A stretch of DNA of 64,000 nucleotides, from assembly GCF_025526975.1 (NCBI RefSeq), contig NW_026515674.1, forward strand, positions 682,001 to 746,000, written 5' to 3'. Below, one piece after another: positions 26,101 through 37,565 of this stretch. This stretch comes from Fimicolochytrium jonesii (Eukaryota). Each line of letters opens with the position of its first letter. Position 1 is the stretch's first letter. A program made the position numbers and the translations under genes. A model generated the notes under the pieces. The model was not told the origin of the DNA. It saw nothing but the letters and a program-made list of their open reading frames with translations, and did not search any database.

Positions 26101-26597
26101 ATTGACTTCCATGCGTTACCCACAGGTACGAACGCCGGTATCTGACAGCCCGTATTGCCGGCGGCCACGATGAATGCGGAAAGGAGCAGTTTCGTCGTGC
26201 TCAGGTCATACGTTTCCGGCTTGGTCGGACCTCGCGGCACGATCGTAATGAGGACCGGTAAACCAGTCCAGGAGTGGATGATATGTGAGTTCTCTGCAAC
26301 GAGGACGAAGTCCTCGTGCTCTTGGAATGGAGACACGCGATGATATGCTATGGTGTACTCCGTCTCGAAGAACAGCACGTGCGCTGAGCGACTGAGTTGG
26401 GGCTCGTCGACTCCCTCATCTTGGGATTGCATCCATTCTGGCAGCAGAAGCTCCAGGTTAGCCGTGAAGCGCTCGAAGGGCGACGCTGACGTGAAGTCGA
26501 CAATTTCGAAGAACTCGTCTTCTTCGGGGAGCTGATTCTCGTTCAGCCTGGCGGGGCGCTCCATCTCGTTGGTACTTTCGGCGAGGACTCGAGGCAT
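23188..26597 (-). CDS. RAB3GAP1: Rab3 GTPase-activating protein catalytic subunit (Rab3GAP p130)
   Basis: N-terminal FEIVDFTSASPFERF; LLYQKLQLLNYCI; LESDMKAFKAANPGCTMEDFVRWWSPRDW; GKLSGRM..PGNLW..MW..AQPVPA.EQ.PLFD. One intron at about 23378-23455. Confidence 0.9.
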
Positions 26598-27266
26598 GTG
26601 GTGGAGTGGGAGTATTCAACAACCATGGCCTAGTGTAATGTTTGTCTGGGTCAATACCCGGAAAGGCGAGGGCATCTCTCCAGCGGCCGGGGCCTTCTTA
26701 TATGCTCTTTGTTTACGGGGGGCGCGTCATTCGCTCGGTGGGCCAAATGCTCAGCCCTGCGTCTCCCTGGGTGCACTGTTCAACACTCACCTCAGGGCGC
26801 AGCACTGCAGCCTGAAGAACTTAAAGAACTTGCGCAGGCATGATGGAAAGAAAGCAATCAGCGGAGAACGGATGATAGGTGGGGTGGATCACAATAATGA
26901 AGACTGGGCGTCGAAATATTGCAGTGGGCACGAGCCTGCTGCCCTGCCCCCATACATACTGTAGGATCCTTGACAATTGAAAAGGGCACTTGGAGGTGCA
27001 ATGGGGCGGAGTTCACAGATTTTGCTGTTCTCGACTGCTTGGCGAGCGCCCGTCCGAGAAAACCAGGAATCCGAGAGCCATAAGGAAAATGAACAGGCAT
27101 GATCCCGACGGACGTGGATTCCTGCAGAGTCCCGCGTGGTGAAGAAGTCAGATTCCATCCCCCGCGTATGGGAGGTACTACATACACAGGCCGAAGAACT
27201 TGGAAAACTTGTAATGGCAGAGCAATGGCAGAGCATAATGATGTGCAATCTTTAGCGATACAAAAG

Positions 27267-27363
27267 GGCTTGCGGAAACGTGTATTCAATAAGAGGTAGA
27301 GCTCAGTGGTAGAGCATCCATTGCAGATGCGATTGGAAACGGCTTGCGGAAACCTGTATTCAA
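27267..27363 (+). repeat. tRNA-Cys(GCA)-like 5' fragment bracketed by 23-bp direct repeats
   Basis: GGCTTGCGGAAAC(G/C)TGTATTCAA at 27267-27289 and 27341-27363 (22/23 identical) flank GAGGTAGAGCTCAGTGGTAGAGCATCCATTGCAGAT (D arm/A box plus a GCA anticodon); no T arm or acceptor partner. Confidence 0.65.
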
Positions 27364-27944
27364 CCCCCCACCTGGACGTAGCGCGAACGCGATGGAGCAG
27401 CGCCGCGAACACGGGCTTGCGGCATCGACGCGTTCGCGGTCTGGCGGAGTGGCCAGAATTGACAGTGCACCACCATCGTGGACCGCTGGCCGAATGTATG
27501 TACGTATGTAATTCAATTGATATGGAGGCAAATCATCACCAGTTCAATCAATCCGTCAGCACGGAACGAGATCTCAACCATGTACGGATGAGCAGAGTCA
27601 CTAACAAAAAAGTACTAAAAAGTAGGGAGACATATGCTATGTACGCCGGGAATCTGATGGAGCACCAGAAGAAATGCTAAACTTTCTACGCTCTTCACGC
27701 CATACAGAAAGGCATTGACACTGACGCGTGCATGAATAAAGCCAAAGGAGGACAGAATAAGGATGTGAAAGGCTTGAATGAGGCGAATTTCCGAAGGTTG
27801 CGAACGAGGTATTGAAGGTAAAGCGAGACGAGTGAGGCGAATCTAGCAAACGATGAGAGATCAATACGAATGAGGCAGGAGGCAAAGGCAGCCTTGAGAT
27901 TTGGCACATGAGGGCGGAATAGTGCCACCGCAGATGCCACGATC

Positions 27945-30868
27945 ACTGGTGCGCTCCCGGGCCACTGATTTTGAATATGCGGCAGTTGATGGTTGAGCCC
28001 CCGCCAGTGACGCGCTTCTGCTTTTTTTTCTCATAGAGCATCCGGCGCAGTCCAAAGATGTTTCGCCAGCATAAGCTTTACACCTTGGGTATTGGGGGTC
28101 CAAGAACTCAGCGCCTCTGCGTACGGATGTGCTGCATTATCGGCAAGAAACTGCGACCAGGATGGCCAGATCGAGGGTACTGGCATCATCAGTGTGGTTA
28201 CCGGGTCAGGGACATTGGGTTGTCCCCCCAGTGATCGGCACGTCCTGCACGGAAGAATTCGCCGTTCGGGAACTCGCGGTCAAGAAAGGTCTGGAAGAGC
28301 CAGGCTGCATCATTGGGGGCGATGGGGAAGGTATGGCGCTGTGTGCGATTTGAGAGAGCTGCTGCACCTCTGTTGACCGACTGGTTGGCCGGGGCTTGCA
28401 CATGCGGTGCAATTCGAGCACGCTCGGCGGTCCAGATCCTAAGCAAGGTATCCCCATCGGCATGGTTCACAAACTCCGTGCGGCGAAGGACGCCTTCCGT
28501 CGGGAGATGACTCGGGCGAGTAAGTAGGATCCCACGTTCGTTGGCAAGGCCGATACCGTGCTCGAGGAATCTGACAAAGCGCTGCTTGTCATCATCAGTG
28601 ACACCGACTGCATCCCGATGCATAGGAATAATGATTCTTCGATTGGCAAGTTGGCCTGCCGGAGGCTGAGGGTCTTGCCAGAGCAGCACTATGCGGGCAT
28701 TTGCGTACACAGACACTTCGCGCCCCTCCAAGATAGTTGTGAATTGCTGTATGGGGTCGTTTGGGTCCCCTCCATGTCGACGGATTGCTCTCTCTCGTTG
28801 GCGGTCAGCCTGATAGAAATCCGGGGGGTATCCAACGCGCATCTGTGAGATGCAACTAGAGGCGTGATTAGTGATGTCTCCTTGACCTGACCATCGGAGC
28901 GCACATACCTGAGCTGCTTTCCGGCCAATTGCAGCATTGACTGCTTGTGGGTCATTCATCCAATCCGTTCCCACCGCACCCGCAGGTGCAACAGTCTGCA
29001 AAACATGAGCCAATGTAGCCGACCAGGGATGTTTGCTGCTGCGGCCTGCATTGACGACATCATGTAGCCGCTCCTTTTCGAGGCGCGGCTGCCCAGTTCT
29101 TCCAAGCCTGTCCAGTAGCGTGCATCATCGCGTCCGAGAGGGCTAGCCTGTACAGTACCTCGACTTGTCGAAGGCGCTCAGCGGAGTTGGGAGCGCCGTA
29201 CGCAAGGCCTGCATACAAAATCGTCATTGCTTGATTCCCATTCCCGTTTTGAACAGAACACTGCATCTTCATACCTGCAACCTTGACGCGGGAATGACAA
29301 CGGTACAGGTGGCTGAGCGCACACGCCCGTCGTGGCCGTCAACGTTGTAAATCCACTCAAGGTCTGCAAATGTGTGCAGACTCAAGGTTACGATGTGGTC
29401 AAAGAATCGTTTTGTCGGGATGCCGTACGCATGAGCAAAGTTCCCAGTGACCACACCGGTCACCTGCTGGCCCATTGGAAGGCTGATGAATGGTTGAACG
29501 ATCTCCATCCAAGCCCGGAGATTTGCCATGCACCAAGGTTTCTCAGACTTCCGCAAGAATGGGTATAGGTCAGCAAAAGCGAAGATTTCAGGATCTAGCT
29601 GGGCAGGCTCCCAGTTGGTGGGGAGGGTTGTTGATGTGGCCTCGTAGTGCTGCAGGCGGGCGAGGAAATCGCGGGTCAAGTATCCGGCTCTTGACAACGG
29701 GGAACTTGTGCGGAAGCCCAAAATGGATGTGCAGTAGCTCCCCCCAAATAACCTTCTCCGGTAATGTCCTTTCCAAGGATTGCCGCAATCTGCCTGTTGC
29801 CCTCATACCTGCTTCCTTGCGATTGGAGGATCATCCATTCGAGGAGCGTCTCGGGCATGAGGTGATGAGCGGTACCGGTAGTGGCCGGATGTGTTTGACT
29901 GAAATCGAGGACCTGGGTCACCCATCGGCGCAGAGCAGCACCCTTGAAGGGGCGAGCATTGACAGTGGCGGGAGCGGTACTTTGGGCGTTTGTAAGTCGG
30001 GAGAAGACATCCGTTCTCAAGTTCAAGAAGAGCGTGTGATCCCTTATGGGTGGGAGGTATTGGGTGTAGAAGCCGCCGGTTTGACAGTTCAAGAGGTTGT
30101 TCATTCCGAAGAAATGAATCATTGCACGTTCCCGGTCGTCCCTGATGGTCCTTGCGACATAGCCCCCTTGAGTGGCGGCTGGGAAGGTGAACATTCTCGC
30201 TGCTACGTAAACGTCTGGGAACAACTCTTGAAGTGTCCCAAGGAATTGGGGGGGGAGGCCGTAGGGGCGTTTGGAGTCATTCTGAAAGCGGCCTTCCGGT
30301 GTGGACGGGAGCTCACACGTCCCTACATATCGAATGGAGACCACTGTCACCGAGGGATTTCCTGCCATAGCGGTGATCCATGGTGCTGTTTCCGGTGGGT
30401 CCAATTCCTCCCTTGACCAAGAGGCAATGATTGCCTTAAAGTCAGACACCGTCATCGTCCAGCTTCGAACGTAAAAGAGCTGGGTGCCGTCTCCTTCATT
30501 GGCTGCCCCTCCCTCCATGAGAAAGAGTGACATCATCATATCTTCGTCCGACACGAAGAGAGGATTCCTCCAAAGCTTTTCAAACCGCACTGCTTTATCA
30601 ACGTTGTCGGCATCCGTAGGGCACAAAAACTTGATGTGCTTAATGTCCAAGGAGGATGTGGGGAGCCCAGCACTCTGCATGCGGCGGCATACTTCCGTGT
30701 GCACTATCCTTTGGATGCGATCGATGTTAACCAGACCAATAGGGTCTGCGAGGTTGAGGGCAGCTGGGAGAGCAGACAAGCTGTTTCCCTTGCGGAGGGC
30801 ATCGCGGAATGGGGTCCGACGATTGGAAAAGTCGGAGTGAGATTTTGCAAGCAGTTGTCTCGACATGA
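27945..30868 (-). pseudogene. Intronless multi-domain gene broken by several frameshifts; putative GIY-YIG-like nuclease plus UDG-superfamily-like domain plus unknown C-terminal domain
   Basis: Overlapping same-strand ORFs 29676-31250, 29269-29721, 29060-29272 and 28198-29013 (plus further fragments to ~27945) read as one protein when frames are shifted. Motifs IRYVG...R...RERAMIHFFG..NLLNCQTGG and ILGKDIT...PF...RAG.L...L / LRAWMEIVQP..SLPMG / VVIP. Confidence 0.55.
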
Positions 30869-32639
30869 TGTAGGCGGAGAGGTTCGGAGGTCGCGAGGTG
30901 ATGTGACAAGTGATCTGGGAGTGTGGCAGTCGGTGGTGTCGGTTGGTAACAATCGGTGGTGGTAGTGTGAGCGAAGTATGGAGCGACGGTTTGGGGTTGG
31001 TGGTTACGGTGATTGGCGTGAAGTTTCTCAGCGGTCCTTCTGTGAGCACAGACGTAGGAAGAGCATAAGGTTTGGAGTGTGTTTGCTGCAATATCTCGAC
31101 CAGGCTCCAGCAACATCCTCCTCCCGCTCCCACCTCGGGGGTTGACTTTGCCCAACCCCCCCCCCCCCCCCCGCCCGTATATGGGTATTGTTTGTCGCAC
31201 CCGGCACACCCACCCCTCGCCGCAACGCTTCCCTCCCCGCTCCGCCCCACACCGTTCCCCCTCGCCTTACCACCGCTCCCAGTGTTTCTCTCGTGGTCGT
31301 TGCTTGGTGTCTTACCTGATCGATGTCCTTCTCAAGCCAGGGTTATGAAATCGGAAACAATCGAGTGGAGCGTCAGAAGAGCGATTGTCCGGCAGCCGTC
31401 TTCTTCCTGTGCAAGGCGTCTGTTCAGTGGGATTTTAGAGCGGCGTGAGAGGTTGTAACACACAAAGCGACTAGTTCCAACCGAATCGCTGAACGCCAAA
31501 CACGTGCAGGAACACTCACACCTTGTAGCGAAAGTCAAATCTTCTGTGCTTACAACCAAGTGGGAGAAACTCTGCACCAGATGGCGATGCGACGGTCGTC
31601 TGATTTGAAGCCGTCAAGTGCAGGGCGGTGTGCGTTTGAGCCGTCAACTTTTATCAGAAGTGTCAGTCCAGTAGGCGCAACCGACCCGCCGGAGGCCAAA
31701 GTCAAGGCGCACTTACCAATTCAGGTATGAAATACCAAGACGGATTTCCAATTGAATAGGTGATCGAGTTAGGACGGATGGCGGTTTTTGAAATATGTTC
31801 AAGGAACTGGGTTGTAAAGGTGTCGGTCGCCTCCCAACTCGGTTGTAAAGGTGGCAGTCTTTGAGCTGTCGAATTTTGACAAGGTGACAGGGTACGCGTA
31901 CCGCGGGCGAATGAGGCGAATGTGGCGTGAAGAGGGAATTTGGCCCATGATGCTTTCAGAGTGACTGGCTAGCCTCGTTTTTTAGGGCATCTCCAGATTC
32001 AGTGCTAGACGTCCCCATGCAAGGTAGGAGGTTGTTTCCATCGATCTGCCGGATGCTCTCTCTAGTCGTCTCTCCTCTCACCCATTGAACGAGAATACGG
32101 CGGGTCCATAACGGCCCGCAGTATGAATGAATTCGAGTTTTTGGTGTACACACAGTACCGCACGTTCTGTGAGGAAGAAGTAGCATTCCTACGCAGGCAT
32201 GCCCGCACCGCAAAAAGCAATGGCAGAATACCTCCCACCAAAAGTCAAGCTAACAATTACGCCTGGCCTTGCCGGCAGTAAATACCACGCCTGGCCTAGC
32301 CGGCAGTGGTCATAGCTCTTCTATTAGCAGAGGGCAACCGTCCCATTGCATTCCGTTGCCCCGCCAGCGCGGCGGAGAACGGAGAAACGGACAGTACATC
32401 CGTATCACCCCCGCCACTGCCTTGGAGCGCTGGTAAGAAGGCTGAGAACGGAGAAACTGGGAAAAGGTTTGGCAAATGCGATGATGATCTTGCGCAATGT
32501 GTCTCTGGCCAGTGAGGAGGACAGTTTTGTGGTAGTGGAGAAAACAACCGCGTTGTTCCGAGTCCCGAGCACTACGTAAGCACATGCCATGCCACTCTCG
32601 TCGCGATGACGGAAAGTGCGAAAAAAAATGAAAAACGAA

Positions 32640-32712
32640 AGGAGGCACTGCGATTCGAACGCAGGACCGCCCGAGCTGCAATCGGGAGCTCTGCCACTGA
32701 GCCTATACCTCC
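32640..32712 (-). tRNA. trnC-GCA: tRNA-Cys(GCA), intronless, with one extra nucleotide before the D stem
   Basis: GGAGGTA-TAG-GCTC AGTGGCA GAGC-T-CCCGA TTGCAGC TCGGG-CGGTC-CTGCG TTCGAAT CGCAG-TGCCTCC-T: all four stems pair, followed by oligo-T runs (Pol III terminator). Confidence 0.9.
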
Positions 32713-32866
32713 TTTTTGGAGTGTTGGACTGTACGCTTGTACTTATGGGTCATGCCAAAATTGGACTCGCCGTTGTAAATTGTGGACCGACGCCGCATTT
32801 GTGGGGATCGAGCGTTTCGAAGATTCTGTACTGAACCTTTTTGTGAAGCTGTGCGGCCAGATGTCA

Positions 32867-33096
32867 TAGAAGAGTACCTATCTGGGGCGTGCAGACAGTC
32901 TGGTTGTCGAATTCCCGCTGCCTAGTCCCCGGTGAAGGTGGCCAGTTACTAATTGCTAATTGTTCTACTATCTAAGTACTGTGGTAGACTGTTTGACTCT
33001 GAAAGCACCCAGATGAGGTTGGCAATGCACAGGCATCTAGAAGAGTACCTCTCTCGGGCGTGCGAACTGGTTGTCTAATTCCTGCCCTGCTGCCTA
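32867..33096 (+). repeat. Diverged ~60-bp direct repeat pair upstream of the tRNA
   Basis: TAGAAGAGTACCT(A/C)TCT(G/C)GGGCGTGC...CTGGTTGTC(G/T)AATTCC...GCTGCCTA at 32867-32925 and 33038-33096. Confidence 0.8.
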
Positions 33097-33359
33097 TTGT
33101 GCAATAATAATGACACATACCTCTGCGTCTCAATGCATTAATTGTGGTGCACCTCTTCCAGCCGACCGTCATATTCGGAGAGAAGCTATCGCATACATAC
33201 ATTACTATGTACAGTGCGCCGTAGGTGCTCACGATGCTCACATCTGATATCAAGGTAGCTACAGAACTAGCATGGCTACGGTATCAACCTTTCTACCTCT
33301 AATACTCCATTCCCCCAATGATTAGCACTAAACGGCGTCAACCCCACCACCTCTCCCTC

Positions 33360-34962
33360 TCATGGGGCAGGCACCTTCCCCGCAATCTTCCACCCCTGCG
33401 TCTTGCTCTGCTTGCCTGTCACCTGGACCTCATCGGCGGTGGGTAGCGTCCGCTGCAGGACAATGTATTCAGTGATCCTGTCGTTGACCGCATTGGGGTC
33501 GCCACTGATGCGGTTCCCTCGGTGGTCGTTCCATACTATCGACTATGAGTGTGTGAGAGAGTGGGAGAGACGGTAAAGTGGGTTAGAAGCATGCTGCTTG
33601 GTGTGCCGGCAAAGGGACGCCACAGATACGACATGTCTCGCCTCCCATAAGCATGACATCTGCGCAGGTATCCACTGTACACCATACAACGCTCAGTCAT
33701 CCGATGCTTACCTGCTTAACCGATACCCTCACGGTAGCCTGGACAATCTCGCGGATTCTACCCTGGCCAAGATCGGCCTGGAGGATGTAGATGCGCAAAG
33801 TCTTTGGCTTCCCGAAGTTGCCGTGCGCCTTCCACGTGCGGTAGCCGCCGATCTCTTTTGCGGCTTTGATTTCCTTTCTAAGGGTCTGGAAGTGCATGGT
33901 CAGGAGCGAGTCCGTGTTCGAATGACGCTTGCGGTACCCAGAATACCCAGAGGGCATGAACTCACCGCCAACATGGACTCTTCAACTAGTTTGCTAAGCT
34001 CAATCTCGTCTCCACTTCAAACGCAAACGCAGCAAACAAGACATCAGCCAATGTCTTCCTCACCCCGTTCCCGTCGGGCTCCTCCATCACTCCAATCGCA
34101 TGTCCTTCTCCGTTTTACCTCGCAAAAGCCTCGTTCATCAGAATGTACTTCTGCTCCGCCAGGGTGGCCAAATCCTTCGCCTTGTGCCCAGAGACCTTAT
34201 CGTTGATCTTCCAATAGCTATGTGATTTCGCACCGGGAGAGGGGACATTAGATGAGGGTCGGACAACATTCCCTGGCATCTCCGCTCATCCATCTGAATT
34301 GAGACCGCCAGCAGTGTGATGCACCCTAGCGCACACCACACGATTTTGCTCAACATCACGAAAACACACCTCATCCAATCGTTGAACTGCAGCCTGCCCT
34401 GCCGCCACACGTAGTTCTTGAAATTCGTCCAGTTCAGTCGCAGTGGGTTAAACGCGATAGGGAACGGTGTTCGCGATAATGGAAGCGGTAAATCGGGGTC
34501 TGTTCAAGAAGACGTAAGAGGAATAAGCATCCCGGATATACACCCTGACTTGGGACGCAAGGTCTCAGCGTCTTTCCGGCCATCCAATCCAAGCCTCTCC
34601 AACCTCAGAAAAAGACTCCTGCTACACAGTTTTCAGAGAAACGTACTGATGATATTCGCCTTGATGGGTCTGAGACTTATAGGCGTTTGGTTAGGGTTTC
34701 CCTGGTACATGTTTGCACGGCGTTGAGTGCATGTCGGCGGAGTCGGGATAGCCCTGCGGCGAGGCCGTCCAGCGGAGTGAAGCAGTGTTGCCTCGGGTGA
34801 TTGGCGCTGTGGTGAGGAAGAGAGGTGATGGCACTGGAAAGCTGACAGCGTCGGCGAACGGAATGTTTTTGCTACTGTTGGTGTGTCGAGGGCAATGGTG
34901 GGGAGGAGCGGATTGCCGGCGCGAAGCGCCAGGAGAAAGGGGGGCGAAGGGAAGGAGGGCAT
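33360..34962 (-). CDS. Mitochondrial Tim44-like domain protein (Mba1/mL45-like), multi-exon
   Basis: Presequence-like N-terminus (Arg/Ser/Pro/Leu-rich); internal exon ...IVQATVR; last exon SGDPNAVNDRITEYIVLQR...WKIAGKV, typical of the Tim44-domain C-terminus. Confidence 0.65.
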
Positions 34963-35502
34963 TGCGAGCAGGGAACGAGACCTGTGCTGCTATGTGTTAG
35001 GCCGAAAGCGAGGAAGAACAAGGATTGGAGAGAAAAGAGGTGTCGGGGTGGTCGCGAACAGGTCGCGACGGTCCTCGGGAAAGGCGGAAATGACAGTGTC
35101 CCAAACGATCTGGCAAAAAGCCGTCGGGGAATCGAACCGTCCAGCCAGTTTACAACAGTGGACTTTGCCCAGATTATAACTCTATGGCGTATGGTCACGT
35201 GAGTGATTCCCCTACCAATTCATTTGACTCACTCAGCTCACTTATAACTACAGGCAGGCAGAGAAGGCAGGCCCCGACGAAGAGACCCCAACCAACGCTC
35301 GAAAAACACTCCCGCCGGGCTTTCGAGATTAGGACCCCCATTGCAACACTTCACAGCAGCCACTTCGGTACACCCCGTTTACCTTGGAAAGCTCGACTCC
35401 CAGAGTAAACAGCAGTGAACTCTTAGCGCACAGGACCGCCCGACGTCGACGACACAACTACCCTCTCCCACGAATAACATTTACTCAACAAAATCCTCCA
35501 GT

Positions 35503-37565
35503 ATGGCGGCCGCCGAGTTAGACTACGCTTCTCTCAACCCACTTTCCCCCGAGGTCATTGCAAACCAGGCAACAATCAACATAGGTAGGAATGAGTGCGC
35601 TCGTGAAGTCGAAGGATGGAGTTTTTGGTGCTGGCCGAGGACCAGTCGAAGTCAGATCAGCACCTGGAATGGCCCGTGGAGATCACAGAACAGTGTCTTC
35701 TAATCATATCGGAAGGAAAAATGGTCTGGGCGAAGGACTCGCAGGGCAGCGCTTGTACTGGGGAAGAAGCTGTCAGAAGGGCGTTCGGAACATCTTTCCC
35801 GCTGCTGACTTGTTCTCCTTGGCGTGTTATAGGAACCATCGGGCACGTAGCACACGGAAAGTCGACTGTAGTGAAAGCTATTTCGGGAGTTCAAACTGTT
35901 CGCTTCAAAAACGAGCTTGTCCGCAACATTACCATCAAACTCGGTTATGCGAATGCCAAGGTGAGCTTGCTAATCTGACGGAGAATCTGAGGAGGACTTC
36001 TCAACTGCCGAACTTCCTGAGCCATGAGGAGACGACTTGCCAGCACCTCACCAGTCGGAATGCCCCATGAAACTATTTTGGCAAAGCTACCAGTACGCAG
36101 ATGGCTTCGGAGCTTTCAGAATGTGATGCTCGGAGAACATATGAGAGTTGAAGTCAACCCGATGCTCATCGACTATCTTCGCACTCGTTCCGCCCATTTT
36201 TAGATCTTCAAATGCGATAACGACGCTTGCCCTCGTCCCGGATGTTACCGATCCTTCAAAAGTGACACGGCAGAAGGAGCTGCGTGCGATCGCGTGGGCT
36301 GCATGGGCCGCATGAGGCTTCTGAGGTATGGCCTCTCTCGGTGACGTTCTTTAGGACGAGCGGGGATCTAACGGACGCTCTACAAATGAATTTCTAGACA
36401 TGTGTCCTTCGTTGATTGCCCTGGGCACGATATTCTTATGGCCACAATGTTGAACGGAGCCGCGGTCATGGACGCCGCACTGCTTTTGATTGCAGGGAAC
36501 GAAAGCTGCCCTCAACCACAGACATCCGAACACTTGGCCGCCATCGAGATCATGAAACTGCAACACATTCTCATTCTGCAAAACAAGGTCGACTTGATCA
36601 AGGAGTCCGCTGCTGAGGAACATCACGAGAGCATCTTGAAGTTCGTCAAGGGAACTGTGGCCGATAGCGCACCCATCATCCCCATCTCCGCCCAGCTGAA
36701 GTACAACATCGACGCCATCAACGAATACATCGTCAGCAAGATCCCCATCCCCGTCCGTGACTTTTCCGCCGACCCACGGTTGATTGTCATTCGTTCATTC
36801 GACGTCAACAAACCTGGTGCCGAGGTTGACGATCTGAAGGGTGGTGTTGCTGGTGGAAGTATTCTGTGCGGTGTTCTGAAGCTCGGAGATGAGGTTGAGG
36901 TCCGTCCTGGAATCGTCACAAAGGACAGCGAGGGCAAGGTCAGCTGCAAGCCTATCTACTCCAAGATTGTGTCCCTGCACGCCGAGAACAACGAGCTAAA
37001 GTTTGCCGTCCCTGGTGGTCTCATTGGTGGGTGCATCTTGCAAATCCGTATCCCTTGAGTTTTCACGCAAACTAACACATCATTATAGGTGTCGGAACAC
37101 TGATTGACCCTACACTCTGCCGTGCCGACCGTCTCGTCGGCCAAGTACTCGGCGCCGTCGGCAAGCTCTCTGCCATCTACACCGAGCTCGAAATCAACTA
37201 CTTCCTTCTCCGCCAACTCCTCGGTGTCAAGTCGGACGACAAGAAGCGCACAAAGGTCCAGAAGCTCGCCCGTCACGAAGTCCTCATGGTCAACATCGGC
37301 TCGACCTCTACCGGAGGTCGTGTCGTCAGCGTCAAGGCTGACATGGCCAAGATCTTACTGAACACGCCCGCGTGCACGGAGATTGGGGAGAAGATTGCGC
37401 TTTCCAGGCGTATTGAGAAGCATTGGCGGTATGTAATATGTCTCTGCTGTTGTTGAACAAGTAGCATCGGGGTGGGCATGCACTAACTTCGTTTTCTTCA
37501 TCAGATTGATCGGATGGGGTACCATCAAGCGTGGAGTCACAGTCGAGCCAGAAGCACGGTCTTAG
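35503..37565 (+). CDS. GCD11: Translation initiation factor eIF2 gamma subunit
   Basis: [97 protein letters not shown] and [13 protein letters not shown]. Confidence 0.97.

Noticed and set aside
27267..27425. Repeat-spacer-repeat pattern resembling a mini CRISPR array
   Set aside because: Only two full repeats plus a 10-bp partial, a eukaryotic context and no cas genes; the insert is tRNA-like.
30869..31250. N-terminal extension of the 524-aa ORF
   Set aside because: It has a non-ATG start and runs through a G homopolymer and low-complexity sequence; the ATG at 30868 is the more plausible start.
32640..32712. Possible selenocysteine tRNA
   Set aside because: The anticodon is GCA, not TCA; the variable loop is short and the stems follow a 7/5 arrangement.
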